Shown here: piece by piece, positions 39,788-52,765 of the stretch
Layout of the letters: every line of letters starts with the position of its first letter
How positions within the stretch are numbered: the stretch's first letter is position 1
DNA from: Octopus vulgaris
Lineage: Eukaryota
Reading direction: 5' to 3'
NCBI GenBank assembly: GCA_951406725.2
Contig: OX597818.1
Location: 117,428,001-117,492,000 of the forward strand
DNA length: 64,000 nt
The notes under the pieces: generated by a model
Databases searched by the model: none
The model's input: the letters and a program-made list of their open reading frames with translations, nothing else
What the model was told of the DNA's origin: nothing
Made by a program: the position numbers and the translations under genes

Positions 39788-40156
39788 CAGAGATACCTCG
39801 CAGTACGAGTTTAATTTGTTCCCTGACCGAGCTCGTCTTACGATTTACTCGTTTTATAAATTAATTTCCCTCATTGAAATTAACTAAATAATAATTAATC
39901 CGTTCCAACACCCCCAAAAACACTCAAAAATAATTTTTCATTGGTTTTAAAACAGAAAGGGTGTAGTTACAAGAAAAATGACAATTATAAAACAAAAAAT
40001 GCAGAAGAAATACATAAACTGGTTTTATTAACTGAATTATCTTAAAGATTTGCCTGCTCGTACTGTGGATTTCTGCACGTAATTCAAGTTAAAAATTTGC
40101 ACGAGTCTTGGCTCGTACAGCAAATTACTGGTACAATGGTGTACTCGTACTGAAGG
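39788..40156. mobile_element. Tigger/pogo-like MITE, right TIR cut by a SINE
   Basis: TA+cagagatacctcgcagtacgag at the left, ctcgtactgaagg at the right. Confidence 0.75.
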
Positions 40157-40337
40157 CAGCGAGCTGGCAGAAGCGTTAGCACGCTGGGCGAAATGCTTAC
40201 CAGCATTTCGTCTGCCTTTACGTTCTGAGCTCAAATTCCGCCGAGGTTGACTTTGCTTTCCATCAGTCTGGGAATCGAAAACACAACCCTACGACCGCGA
40301 GTCCTGTGCCCTAACCACTGGGCCATTGTGCCTCCAC
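40155..40337. mobile_element. SINE A 5' half (+) abutting a SINE C head (-)
   Basis: ggcagcgagctggcag...ctttgctttccatc, then the reverse of ggaggcacaatggcccagtggttagggcacaggactcgcggtcg. Confidence 0.85.
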
Positions 40338-40338
40338 A

Positions 40339-40376
<38 letters not shown>

Positions 40377-41384
40377 CACACATATACATATATATATATA
40401 TTTATGTATACATACATAAGTGTGTGTGTGTGTGTATGCATAAGTGTATGATCTTGTGTGTGGAAGGGAGAGAAAGAGAAAGAGAGAGAGAGAGAGAAGT
40501 GGTGTGATTGACAACGAGTGACAGTGCGAGGAGGAAAAATGTATTTGGAAAAGGAACAAAAATAGTGTGAGTTTGGATTAATTTGAAAATTCGGATTATT
40601 AAAATATCACCGAGTCGTCTCCGACGTGCGTTTATATAGAAGACGCCATCCACGTGTGCTATGGACATCCTTTGTTATCACAATATCCACGGCGCAAGTA
40701 GACGGCGAATCCTACATCATTTTCGGATTGAGCACTTCCTACCCTCATCACATTCTGTTGCTTGTTATCATTCCTGGAATTGCATGTCACCATTCATTGA
40801 ACCATAAATGCGCCTCTTCATTTTCTAAGTAGTAACTTGAGATTTTTACATCTACATCATTTCCTTTTCCTAATTCCTCGTTTATAATCCATCAAATTTT
40901 TATGACTAAGTTTCGTGGCGTTTAATATGTCTCCATGTTGACGAAGGACTAAATATAATTTAAAATTTATAATCGAAATTTCCTCATATTTCTTTTTAAG
41001 AGAATTACCCATAAAACTGTTTCTTTGTCATACCATTAAAAAAAAAAACATAGCTGACAAACGGTTTAAAGTTGTGTTTTCTTTTCTTGTCTGCCTGTCT
41101 GTGTCACGTGATGTGTCGCCTGCACTTTTCCTTTCGATGCGTTTTATGCTGTGTGTCATCATGATACCGTTGTTAGTCTTTCCTTCCTTCCATATCTGGC
41201 GTATCTGCTTGTCTGTTTATCTATTCTTCATTCTGTCCATCTGTCTTTCTATCTGTCTGACCCCCTCACCAACCCCCACTTTATTCTCTGTCTCTCTCGT
41301 TCTTTTACTCTCTCTCTCTCTCTCTCTCTCTCAGCGTATCGCTTGCTTTATAACTTATAGCATAAACATTAGCATCATCAAAAA

Positions 41385-41720
41385 TTGATGGTGTGGTTGA
41401 CGGCGATGATGATGAGAAAGACGAAAAAGAGAAGGATAAAAATGATGATGGTGGTGGTGATGATGATGATGATGATGATGATGATGGTAGGGAGAAGAAA
41501 CAAGAGAAAGTGGAATAGATAATGATGAAAATGACGACGACGAAGACTTTTGATGATCGGGGTGGTAACGATGTTGAGGAGAATGAAGAGATGAAGGTTA
41601 TGAAAGTATTGAGAAGGAGGAGGGGTTATCATAATGAAGAAGAGGAAAAGGAGGATTAGACGATTATTATGATGTCGACGACGATGGCGGCGATTGTGAT
41701 GGTCGTGGTGAGGTTGATGC
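41385..41720. repeat. Degenerate (GAT)n/(GAC)n tract
   Basis: Direct inspection. Confidence 0.8.
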
Positions 41721-41779
41721 TCATATTAACCCTACTGACGACCACAAAACGATAATCACGAAGACTACAGATATTATGT

Positions 41780-42083
41780 GGAGGCACATAGCCTAGTAGT
41801 TAGAGCAGCGAACTCGCGGTCGAGGGATCACGGGTTCGAGTCTCAGACCGGGCGATGTGTGTGTTCATGAGCGAAACACCTAAGCTCCACGTGGCTCCAG
41901 CAGAAGGTCATGGTGAACCTCTGCTGATGCTTTTGCCACAACTTTCTCTCTCTTGCATCTTGCAGCCCACCTGCGACGGACCGGCGTACCGTCCAGGTGG
42001 GGAACCTATACGCCAAGGAAACCGGGAAACCGGCCTTTATGAGCCAGGCGTGGCTCGAGAAGGAACAAACAACAACAACAACA
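41780..42083 (+). mobile_element. SINE family C (tRNA-Arg-like head, (CAA)n tail)
   Basis: A-box tagcctagtagttagagc, B-box gggttcgagtc, tail aacaacaacaac. acagatat is repeated on both flanks (likely TSD). Confidence 0.88.
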
Positions 42084-42361
42084 GATATAGCGTCGACAAT
42101 GGCGACCACGACCGCAGCTACTACTCTTAGAACGACAAGAATTATGATGAGGACACCAATGACGATGATGATGATGTTAATAATGACGATGTCGATAATA
42201 TGGAAATAGATTAGACATAGTAAGAACGTTATTTTAGGCGGTGGATTGTCAGAAGTGTAAGAGAATCGGAAAAATTGTTTTCAGTTCTGCGTTGAAAGAC
42301 AACCAACGGCCATTTTGCCTTTCACCGCCGTGGAGTCCAGAAGATATCATTTTAAATATAG

Positions 42362-42738
42362 CTTTTATCTTTTACTTGTTTCAGTCAAAAAATTATAGCC
42401 ATGCTGGGCCACCGACTTAAAGAATTTTTAGTTGAATGTGTTGACCACATTATTTATTGTTATTTTAAGCCTATATTTCTCTTTGTCGAAGCTAGGCGGA
42501 CGTAAAAACACTAACACCGGTTTTCAAGCGTTGGTAGGAGACAAACATAGATACAAAGACACGCACTCACATATGTATACGACTACTTTATTTCGGTTTA
42601 CTTCTTTCAGTTTCAATTTCCAAATCTACTAACCGTGCTTTAGTAGAAGACACATGCCTAACATGCCACGCAGTGAGACTGAACCGGAACTATGTGGCTG
42701 GAATCCAAGTTTCTTACCACATGGTCACGCCTGCGCCT
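42362..42738 (-). mobile_element. SINE family B, diverged
   Basis: Reverse match to the B modules. Confidence 0.8.
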
Positions 42739-43819
42739 ACTTTATAACATTTCAAAACAAAAGAACCAAGATTAAGAATGTTAGCATTCAGGAAAGGAAA
42801 TAGACATATTCGGTGACATACTAGCTGATCAATCTCGTTATGAATTCACGTGTATTTGTCATCGCTAGAGCGTATTTGAGGATCGGTCTACTCGATCAGA
42901 TGTAACATGGAGCTAAATATCCACAAGATCACGAAGAGAGACGCAACGACAGCCACAACAACAACAAAAAACTACTACAAAATCTACTACAACGGAAACA
43001 AGAACCGTGACTGTACTGACAAAGGCAACAAAACAAATTGCATGTGAAGTAAATTACTAGAAATAAGAGCTGTTGCTCTTTAATTACATAGAGCCCTGTT
43101 CGGGGAGACCACTGTTGAAAGACTTTCCAGCAGCGAACAGCTATTCGTTTTTATCATATTCCCAGGAAACCCAGAAGCACGTTAATCAATGCATTTTTTC
43201 CCGGTTTTTTGTAAGGCAAATTTGCTTGTTGTTTTTAGTTTCTTTCTTCGGACAACTCAACACTTATTTATCGTTCATCTGACAACTTAATATCTATCAA
43301 TATGAAATAATGTAAAAGTCATGAAATCAAATCAGCTATCGTGTATCACATCATGTATGAATAGATTCTTCTGAAAGGACCTGTATGTGACTGTGCTTCT
43401 ATGTGAGTGTATTTAAGTATAAGAGCACTATACGATTACACAGTTGAAAATTACTAGAAAATCCGTTGGTTTTATGATAATATGTATTAAGGGAGCGAGA
43501 TGAGCGAGAATAATGAGAATGGCAGAAAGAATGCTTTGCAGTTTTTCTTGTCGTTCTTCAGGCGTCTTTGATTTTCATTAGACATGTTTCAATTTAATAA
43601 GGTACTAACCAAGAACTGGGGTCGACAGAAACGGCTAGCATTTTACTTCTCGAAATTGCTGACGTTCTGCTTTAATAAGAAACCATTATTTATGGTTGTA
43701 GATTGTCAGAACTGTAAGAAAATTCGAAAAATTGCTTCTGGTTCTGCGTTCAAAGAAACCTGATGTCTACTTTGTCTTTCACCAATGTGGAATCGAGAAA
43801 ATAGAGAACAACAACCTAT

Positions 43820-44040
43820 CTTTTATCATTTGCTTCTTTCAGTCATTAGACTGCGACCATGCTGCTGGCACCGCCTTGAAGAATCGACCCGGTTACTTGC
43901 ATAAAACCTAGAACTTATTCCATCGTTTTCTTTTGCCGAACCACTAAGATACGGAGACATAAACGAACCAACACCGGTTGTCAAGCAATGGAGGAGGGAC
44001 AGAGATAGCAAAATACACACACACACACGCACAAACACAC
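43820..44040 (-). mobile_element. SINE family B, 3' module only
   Basis: tcagtcattagactgcgaccatgctg...ccaacaccggttgtcaagc. Confidence 0.8.
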
Positions 44041-44243
44041 AGGAATACTTTTGATGTATATCTGAAAGCGCCAATTCTCTGAATGTCAGTATCCTGACAT
44101 GCAGTATCATATTGTGTGCACATGCGTTGCAGGTTCCCCTAATGTTGTTGTTGCCGCTGTTGTCGTTAGCGACAATTCTACTGTCGTTAGTGTCGGGCTT
44201 GTTTGTGTTTAGCCACAGATCAGCAACGATAACTAAATTCTTT

Positions 44244-44870
44244 GAGGCGGCGAGCTGGCAGAATCGTTAGCACGCCGGGCAAATGCCAAGCGGTATTTTG
44301 CCTGCCGCTACGTTCTGAGTTCAAATTCCGCCGAGGTCGACTTTGCCTTTCATTCTTTTGGGGTCGATTAAATAAGTACCTGTTACGCACTGGGATCGAT
44401 ATAATCGACTTAATCCTTTTGTCTGTCATGGTTCGTCCCCTCTGTGTCTAGCCCCTTGTAGGTAGTAAAGAAATAGGTATTTCGTCTGTTTTTACGTTCT
44501 GAGTTCAAATTCCACCGAAGGCGACTTTGCCTTTCATCCTTTCGGCGTCGATAAATTAAATACCAATTTCATACTGGGGTCGATCTAATCGACTGACCTC
44601 TCCCCCAAAATTTCGGGCTTTGTGCCTAGAGTAGAAAAGAATATATTTCTTACTTTCAGGCTGCGAGCTGGCAGAAACCTTACCACGCCGGGTTTAATGC
44701 TTAGCGGCATTTCGTCTGTCTTTACGTTCTGAGTTGAAATTCCACCGCGGTAGACTTTGCCTTTCATCCTTTCGGGGTCGATAAATTAAGTACCAGTTAC
44801 GCACTGGGGTCGATCTAATCGACTAGGTCCCTCCCCACAAATTTCGAGCCTTGTGCCTAGAATAGAATAT
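44244..44870 (+). mobile_element. SINE family A three-unit array bounded by one 15-bp TSD
   Basis: ataactaaattcttt (44229-44243) and ataactaatttcttt (44871-44885) flank three A-family bodies. Confidence 0.88.
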
Positions 44871-45507
44871 ATAACTAATTTCTTTTACTCTATCCACGAA
44901 ACATCTTCTGAACCCTCTTTCCATTTTCGAAACGACAGAATTTAATATGACGGCGCTTCGGCTGCTTCACCTAACCAGTAAAATATTAGCTCGCGTGTGT
45001 ATACATTTCTATGAAAGTGTGCCTCGAGATTTTGCGACATTTTCTGAATTTTAAGTCGACATTCCAGACGCCACCATCAATTATACGCTCCCTTCCCAAC
45101 CCATGTTTTCTATTTATATCTTCCTATTTTCTTTCATATATATTTTATATTTTCTCATATGTGTTATGTTCTCTATTCATGTCTACGTTTTGTTAACAAG
45201 TGAAGCCTGTAGGAAGTTAAATATGCATTGTCTATATGACATAAGGTTATATCGCTTTATCGCTCCATCGCTCTTTCTTTCTCTATCTGACTATTTCTTT
45301 ATCTATCAATCTTATTCTGTTCACATATATACATACAGACCGTGCCCCAGCATGGCACAGTCTACTGACTGAATTGAGTCAAAGATTATTAAACACACAC
45401 ACAACTCCCTCGCATCCCCCACACACATATCGTCGGTAAGACATAAATCCGAGAAAAAAAAGCACACCGTAAGTTACAGAATAGTATATAATATAAATAA
45501 AGTTACA

Positions 45508-45783
45508 TAGGGACGGTTTATGGGATTAATCTGGGTTTCACTCATTAAATGACTTCGCTTTCCGGCGTATCATAAGATCCCAAAACCTGTTGGCTTAATA
45601 TCTCTCTAGCGAGTGGCCTCTCGCTAGACCGCCATTACGCTTAATGTACCTCGAAGCTTGATGCCTCTCTAGCTACAGGCCACTCGCTAGAGAAGCATTA
45701 AGCCAACAGGTTTTGGGATCTGATGATACCTTTATGGACTTTGTGGACACGTAAACCAAGGTAATCCCATAAAGCGGCCTTAT
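45508..45783. mobile_element. Foldback element or MITE with nested inverted repeats
   Basis: Inner arms 45567-45628 / 45668-45729; outer arms about 45508-45541 / 45751-45783. Confidence 0.75.
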
Positions 45784-45802
45784 ATATTTTTTATTTATGT
45801 CA

Positions 45803-45880
<78 letters not shown>

Positions 45881-45944
45881 GTAACCACATGTGAATCGTT
45901 AGCGATTTTCTGCCTCCGTCTTCCCTTCTATTGGACTTTCCTCT

Positions 45945-45980
45945 GTTTCCGAAGAAGAGCGTCTGTTCGAAACGTTAAAC
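45945..45980 (+). ncRNA. Minimal hammerhead-like motif (U4->C), Penelope-type
   Basis: gttt-CCGAAGA-A-gagc-gtct-gttc-GAAA-CGTT-aaac. Confidence 0.45.
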
Positions 45981-46596
45981 CAACTTTATTTCCTTTCCTG
46001 AGCGCCTGCTAATACATTATATACGTACCACTTTATAGTGTTGTTGTGTTTTGTATTTGTTCTTTCTTTAGATTTACTATATATATACATACACACACAC
46101 ACCTATATATATATATATATATATACTTATATATATGTGTTTGTGTGTGCGTACACACGTACGCCCACACATGTATGTATGGAGAAGTCTGTATCCCACT
46201 GCGTGCATCCCAAAACAACACATATAATCCATAGAGGAGTAGGACAGTTATCAGAACATACTGTAGAGTATTAAACATAATTCTGTATTATATTCCTAAA
46301 TTTTCAAGCCATTGCAATCTTCAGTCGAGAACTATCAGATTTCTGTAAGCAGAAGTGTTTTACATACCCCAAGGTAATTTAGTGTACGTATTTGTTACCC
46401 TTTCGCAAGGACGGTGTACACAGTAAACTTTGAGAATTTGGCCTACTTAATCTGCATTAGATTGTCCCGTGGAAGCAAAGCCGGTTGAAACTTCGATCTC
46501 ACTATAAAACTGTTCACAGTATTCATATTAAGAGTCATTATATATATATACATACAGACACACATATATATACGTATATATCTATATCTACATCTA

Positions 46597-46633
<37 letters not shown>

Positions 46634-47334
46634 CTCTATCTATCTATCTATCTATCTATCTATATATATATATATATATAAATATACTACCTACATATGT
46701 ATACGTACGTATGTATAAAGTCCACATATATATATATATATATATACATATATATACGTTTATGTATGCATGTGTGATGCAGACTACCGTTACGTTGAAT
46801 AAATATTCAGTCCGATTCTTAGAATGATTGCTATGACGTAAAAAAAAAATTATACATAAAAAGAAAGAAAATCTACAGTACTTACCAAATCTAATATTGA
46901 CTTTATCTGAAGCACACCTCTTCACCTTATCTATTTTAAGTCGCACCATTTAACTTCACTTTCCATTCTTCGACTATTTTTATACTATCGTTTCCATTCG
47001 GTTTCTGTTTACTTATTTCACGTATAAAGAATGTGACAGTATATTTCGCTTTGTTATTTATTCGTTCGTACGCCTTCCAAGTCGTGTGTGCATATATGTA
47101 TGTGATGGCTTCGTGTTCCTCTAAGTGTATCGAGTTTTTACTCTGCGTGTTTCTGTGTGCTTGCGTGTGTTTTCCATTTTTTGCCTCTTTTTTTTTATAG
47201 AACGTTTTATTTTTTTTATATTTCCTTTAAATTTATAAGAGCGTAGGTGAAGTAATTGCTGCATATTTTTGATTTTTTATCTTTTTTATTTACTGACAAC
47301 TTGTTAGTACAAGCTGTTCTGTGGTTTAAATGCA

Positions 47335-47381
47335 TATTATATGTATATTTGTATATCTATATATAGATATACAAATATACA

Positions 47382-47452
<71 letters not shown>

Positions 47453-47534
47453 GCACATGTACATGTGTGTATATATGTATATATATGTGCGTATATGTAT
47501 ATGTTTGTATATATATACATACTTATATATATGC

Positions 47535-47581
<47 letters not shown>

Positions 47582-47641
47582 AATATATATACACACATAT
47601 GTATATCACCTTATATAACTGTATGTGTGTATATATGTATA

Positions 47642-47697
<56 letters not shown>

Positions 47698-47720
47698 ATA
47701 TATAAGCATGTATACCTACG
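47335..47720. repeat. Degenerate (TA)n array
   Basis: Direct inspection. Confidence 0.95.
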
Positions 47721-48099
47721 TACTTCCTTGCGCGCATACTAAGTATCTACGTGTGGGACGAAAGTGTATCGACCTAGTTGACAAGGCGACAGCAAGAAGA
47801 TTAAGTGCCGAGGTTCACTACAGTTTTTGTTTGAGTGTGGGGAGAGAATTTTCGGGTTAGTATTGACCTTAAGTATTCAGATTATTTCTGGTAGGGTGTG
47901 GCAACGAATAAGTAACCTTCAAGTTGACTTCTCCCTTTCTGCTAAACAAATAAAATATTGGCACCTAAACCATTCTGTTTTCTGTTCTCTTGAATCATGT
48001 GCACGAAGAAAACAAATAAAAGAGACTATAAAAATCAACGTTGACTAACCGTTTCTAGCTAGCTGCCCAATTGAGAAACCTGCTCCTCGTGAGATAACC

Positions 48100-48249
48100 T
48101 TGTGGTATGAAGCTTACTTCCTAACCACATGGTTCCGGGTTCAGTCCCACTGCGTGGCACCTTGGACAAGTGTCTTCTAAGATAGCCTCGGCCTGACCAA
48201 ATCCTAGTGAGTGGATTTGGTAGACAGAAACTGAAAAAAGCCAGTCGTA

Positions 48250-48303
<54 letters not shown>

Positions 48304-48685
48304 TAGATAGATAGATAGATATAGATGTATGTGTGTGTGTGTATGTTTCTGTGTCTGTGCTTGTCCCTCAAACATCGCTTGACAATCTATGCTGGTGTGT
48401 TTACGTCTCCGTAACTAAGCGGTTCGACAAAAAAATCTATGTATGTATGTATATGTGTGTTTGTTATCTGTGTATGTGTTTGCCCTCCCTACCATCGCTT
48501 GACAACCGATGTTGGTGTTTTTACATCCCCGTCAACTAGCGATTCGGCAAAAAGAGACCGCTAGAATAAGTACTAAGCTTGCAAAAAACAAATCCTGGAG
48601 TCGATTCGTTCGACTAAAAGTTGTGCTCCGGCATGGCCACAGTCAAATGACTAAAACAGGTAGAAGAATAACAGAATAAAAGAAT
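48100..48685 (+). mobile_element. SINE family B with the start of its second module duplicated
   Basis: catcgcttgacaa..gctggtgt..ttac.tc.ccgt occurs at about 48373 and 48493. Confidence 0.88.
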
Positions 48686-48819
48686 ATATTCTGTTTTGTG
48701 CCTCCCAGCGCTTTGACACCATTTCACGTTTGCATTATTCGCCAGAATAACCTTAATTCTTTCTATGTGTATTTACGGCTTTATATTTCATGGTTAGTTT
48801 TCATTCGAAATGTTTAACT

Positions 48820-49140
48820 TTTGCTTGTTTCGTTTATTAGACTGCTGGAACATCGTTTTGAAGAATGCTCGTTGAATGAATCGACAAACCCAGAACATAT
48901 AGTTTTTCAGTCGAACCGCCAAGTTACAGGGATGTGAGCTCACAAAAACCGGCTGTCAAACGGCAGTAGGAACAAACATAGATTCACACACACAAACGCA
49001 CTTCCTACCAGATCCACTCACATTCTTGTCAGCCTGAAGTTATATCAGAAGACCCTTGCGCAAGGTGCCACGCAGAGGAATTGAACACGGAATCATGAGG
49101 CTGAGAAGTAAGTTTCTTACCACCCTGCCATGCCTGTGCC
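48820..49140 (-). mobile_element. SINE family B, old copy
   Basis: Decayed reverse match. Confidence 0.75.
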
Positions 49141-50380
49141 TATGCCTATGTTTTGTTTTTACATTTTTTCCTCTTAAATGTCAATTTCGATTATAGCACA
49201 ATGAAACACGTTGCATTTGTAGAGGTCTATTCATAGCAAAGTATCTAAATTTAACCATTATGATTTTCTCAGAGATTTTAATCTAAGACTTTAACCTAGA
49301 ACATGTCATTTACATGTTTCCATAAAAAAATGTGGTAACTTCACCCTTTCATATCTTATCATTCTTCCAGTTGCGAAATATCTTATTATGTACTCATCGG
49401 CTTGGAATCACGTTATTGCGAAGAAAATCCACTTGTTGCTGCATTCTTCTGTATAGTACATGATTACCCAATGTTTCTGAATTTTAGAGTGCTGATGTCT
49501 ATAGTAATTTTCTAACATTTAACCGCTGGACTACTAGGCAATTATAGTAAGGTAGATAATCGACTTTTTGTAGGGAAGATGGGTAACAGCTGTAAGTGCT
49601 ATTTGACCGCTCGCCTCTCGCTATGTCTAGTTATATAAATATCGATTCTATAAATCTCAAACTGTCCCTTTATAATCACGGCAGACACAAATTTAAGTTA
49701 TTTGAAAGGCATGCAGAAGTTGGCGATAAATCACGGTTAAAGGTTGATGGTGAATGGTACAATACAATTTATATATACAAACTCTCGACAAACATAAGTT
49801 TTACTTACAATTCAAGAATTACTGCTTAATTAAAATACGAATTTTCTCTCTCTTTATATACGCAATCTTTGTAGAAATTGGCCTATATAACAGAAAGCAT
49901 GCGTTAATTTGTTTAAAAACGAATCTGTAAAATCCATTTGCTGGCCTACATCTCCATTTTCTAACTGTTGAATAATTTATAACTGAAATTGTGTCATACA
50001 TAACTTGTCTTTCAAACACAAACTAGAAATATTTTACTTATTTGCAAATGTTTACCCAATTGTGTTTTTAGAAAGAGACGGCATACCACCAGTCATTCGT
50101 CAAAACAATATTTGTTCACGATTGATTCACAAGTATGCGTTTTACAATAAGATATAACCCAAGCGAATATGTAGGTAAACGTTCATTTCTGTCTCGTAAT
50201 GCACTCCTCTTTTCATTTCTGTTACTGAAGAGCGATGACATAGCTGATTACATTCTTAGCATGAAACAGCTAATTGCATTCAGGATTTTACACTGAGGTT
50301 GGGCATGAAATCGTTTAAGAAGAAAAGCACAATTTATTTAAAAGGAAACATAGAAGTAAAAATTTAAAAGGAACCATATA

Positions 50381-50790
50381 AGGAGTGGCTGTGTGATAAG
50401 TAGCTTGCTTACCAACCGCATGGTTCCGGGTTCAGTCCCACTGCGTAGCACCTTGGGCAAGTGTCTTGTACTATATCCTCGAGCCGACCAAAGCCTTGTG
50501 AGTGGATTTGGTAGACAGGAACTGAAAGAAGCCTGTCGTGTATATGTATATATATGTATGTGTGTGTGTGTGTTTGTGTGTCTGTTTGTCCCCCCTACAT
50601 CGCTTGACAACCGATGCTGGTGAGTTTACGTCCCCGTAACTTAGCGGTTGGGCAAAAAGGACCGATAGAATAAGTACTAGGCTTACAAAGAATAAGTCCT
50701 GGGGTCGATTTGCTCGACTAAAGGCGGTGGTTCTGCATGGCCACAGTCAACTGACTGAAACGAGTAAAAGAGTAAAAGAGTAAAGAGAGT
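50381..50790 (+). mobile_element. SINE family B, full length, young
   Basis: Highly similar to 12674-13070, with a (gagtaaaa)n tail. Confidence 0.92.
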
Positions 50791-50982
50791 AACAAAATGA
50801 ATTCTATAATATTCTAAGCTGGAGTAAACAAAGTACAAAACAGGGTTTAGAAGTAGACAGAATATTTTTTACTGAAGGCTATCGCGAAAGAGCTAAACAT
50901 TGCTAAAAATTGAAATTTTCTAAGTATAACTTTTGTACACTGGCTTAAGAAGCGTAAATTATTTATCTTCGTATCTAGCCAA

Positions 50983-51092
50983 AGTGCGTGGCCTAGTGGA
51001 TGGGATACTATACTTACGATCGCTAGATCGTGGTTTCGATTCCTGGAACGGATGGCATGTTGTGTTCTTGAGCAAAACACTTCATTTCATGT
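50983..51092 (+). mobile_element. SINE family C head
   Basis: gcgtggcctagtgg...ggtttcgattcctgga...gttgtgttcttgagcaaaacacttcatttc. Confidence 0.75.
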
Positions 51093-51377
51093 TGTTTAAT
51101 TATTGCGTGGGCACCGGCATGTCAAAGAATAGACCCAGCGTTTCCTCTGCGTGTCATAAAACCCCATTAAAACAGATGGTATCTAATGCTCTTAGATTGG
51201 TTTTTCCTTGGGGCTGGCTAGATTGGAGCAGTATAATCAGCCGAAATTGAGAAGATAATATGGTACTTGACTGAGAAAAGAAAACTTTGAATTACCCGTC
51301 CTTGTTTTCTTTGTATCGTCTATCTGGATGTTGTGTTGTCCCATTTTGTATTTTATATATATACGTAAGTATATGTG

Positions 51378-51443
<66 letters not shown>

Positions 51444-52064
51444 CAGGCCATGTCATAGCTAAGATGTTATATTTAAGATGGCACGTTTTGGAGAGTAAGT
51501 AATTATAAAACCGTAAATGCGACGTATTATCGATCTGTCACAGTTCGTATATATTATATTGAAGTATAGGAAAATATCTTCAAATGGCACATTTAATATT
51601 GCAAATTTTTAATAACTCACATATATTCGAAATTTTATTGCAGATAAATAAGAAAGAATGCTTTTAGATGAAATGATTCAGTAGAGTTTCTCCAGCAGTT
51701 TAGGATGCTTTAGTATTTTCATTTTAATGAAAAAAATCAATGGTGACATGAAACTCAACAAATGAACAGCTCAGCTGTAGATATTTTCCTCACTGTTGCA
51801 CAAATGGGTCGTTTTATTTGAAATCAACGTTAGGAAGTTATGAAACATGTATTAAGTTGATCTAGAAACAAGGCATATCAATAAAACTTACTGGAATATT
51901 TAAATACAATATCACTGCAATCGGGCGCATGGTAGGAAAGGAAATTAAAGAGATTTCGTCTTGCAGAGGCTAACAAGCATACATAGATACATCTATACAT
52001 ACATACATACGTTCGTAGGTAGGTAGGAACACGCACATACAGACATACACACACACACATAGAT

Positions 52065-52167
52065 CCCATCACGTGTTACCCTGGGCAACTATCTTCTACC
52101 ATAGTCTCGGGCTGACCAAAATCCTTGTGAGTGGATTTGGCAGGCGGCAACTAAAACAAGCTAGTCT

Positions 52168-52226
<59 letters not shown>

Positions 52227-52242
52227 GTACATATGTATATAA

Positions 52243-52273
<31 letters not shown>

Positions 52274-52274
52274 G

Positions 52275-52328
<54 letters not shown>

Positions 52329-52376
52329 TGATTGATTCCAGTTTCAGCTTATGAGCTGTGGCCATGCTGGGGCACC

Positions 52377-52412
<36 letters not shown>

Positions 52413-52662
52413 TGTATGTATGTACATATATCCATGTGTGCGTATATGTTTGTGTGTCTGTATTTGTCGCCTCAACATCTCTAGACAACCGATGCTGGTG
52501 TGTTTACATCCCCGTAACTTAGCGGTTCGGCAAAAGAGACAGATAGAATAAGTACTAGGCTTACAAAGAATAGGTCCTGGGTCGATTTGCTCGACTAAAG
52601 CCGGTGCTCCAGCATGGCCACAGTCAAATGACTGCAACAAGTAAAAGAATAAAAGAGAGTAA
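52065..52662 (+). mobile_element. SINE family B with expanded internal (TA)n containing an inverted tail fragment (52330-52380)
   Basis: B modules are split by about 270 bp of microsatellite, with gctgtggccatgctggggcaccgcc inside it. Confidence 0.85.
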
Positions 52663-52686
52663 AGAGTACATGTATACGTATATACA

Positions 52687-52765
<79 letters not shown>

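Noticed and set aside
41780-41855. Possible tRNA-Arg gene
   Set aside because: There is no acceptor stem, and it continues into a SINE body and tail found in several copies.
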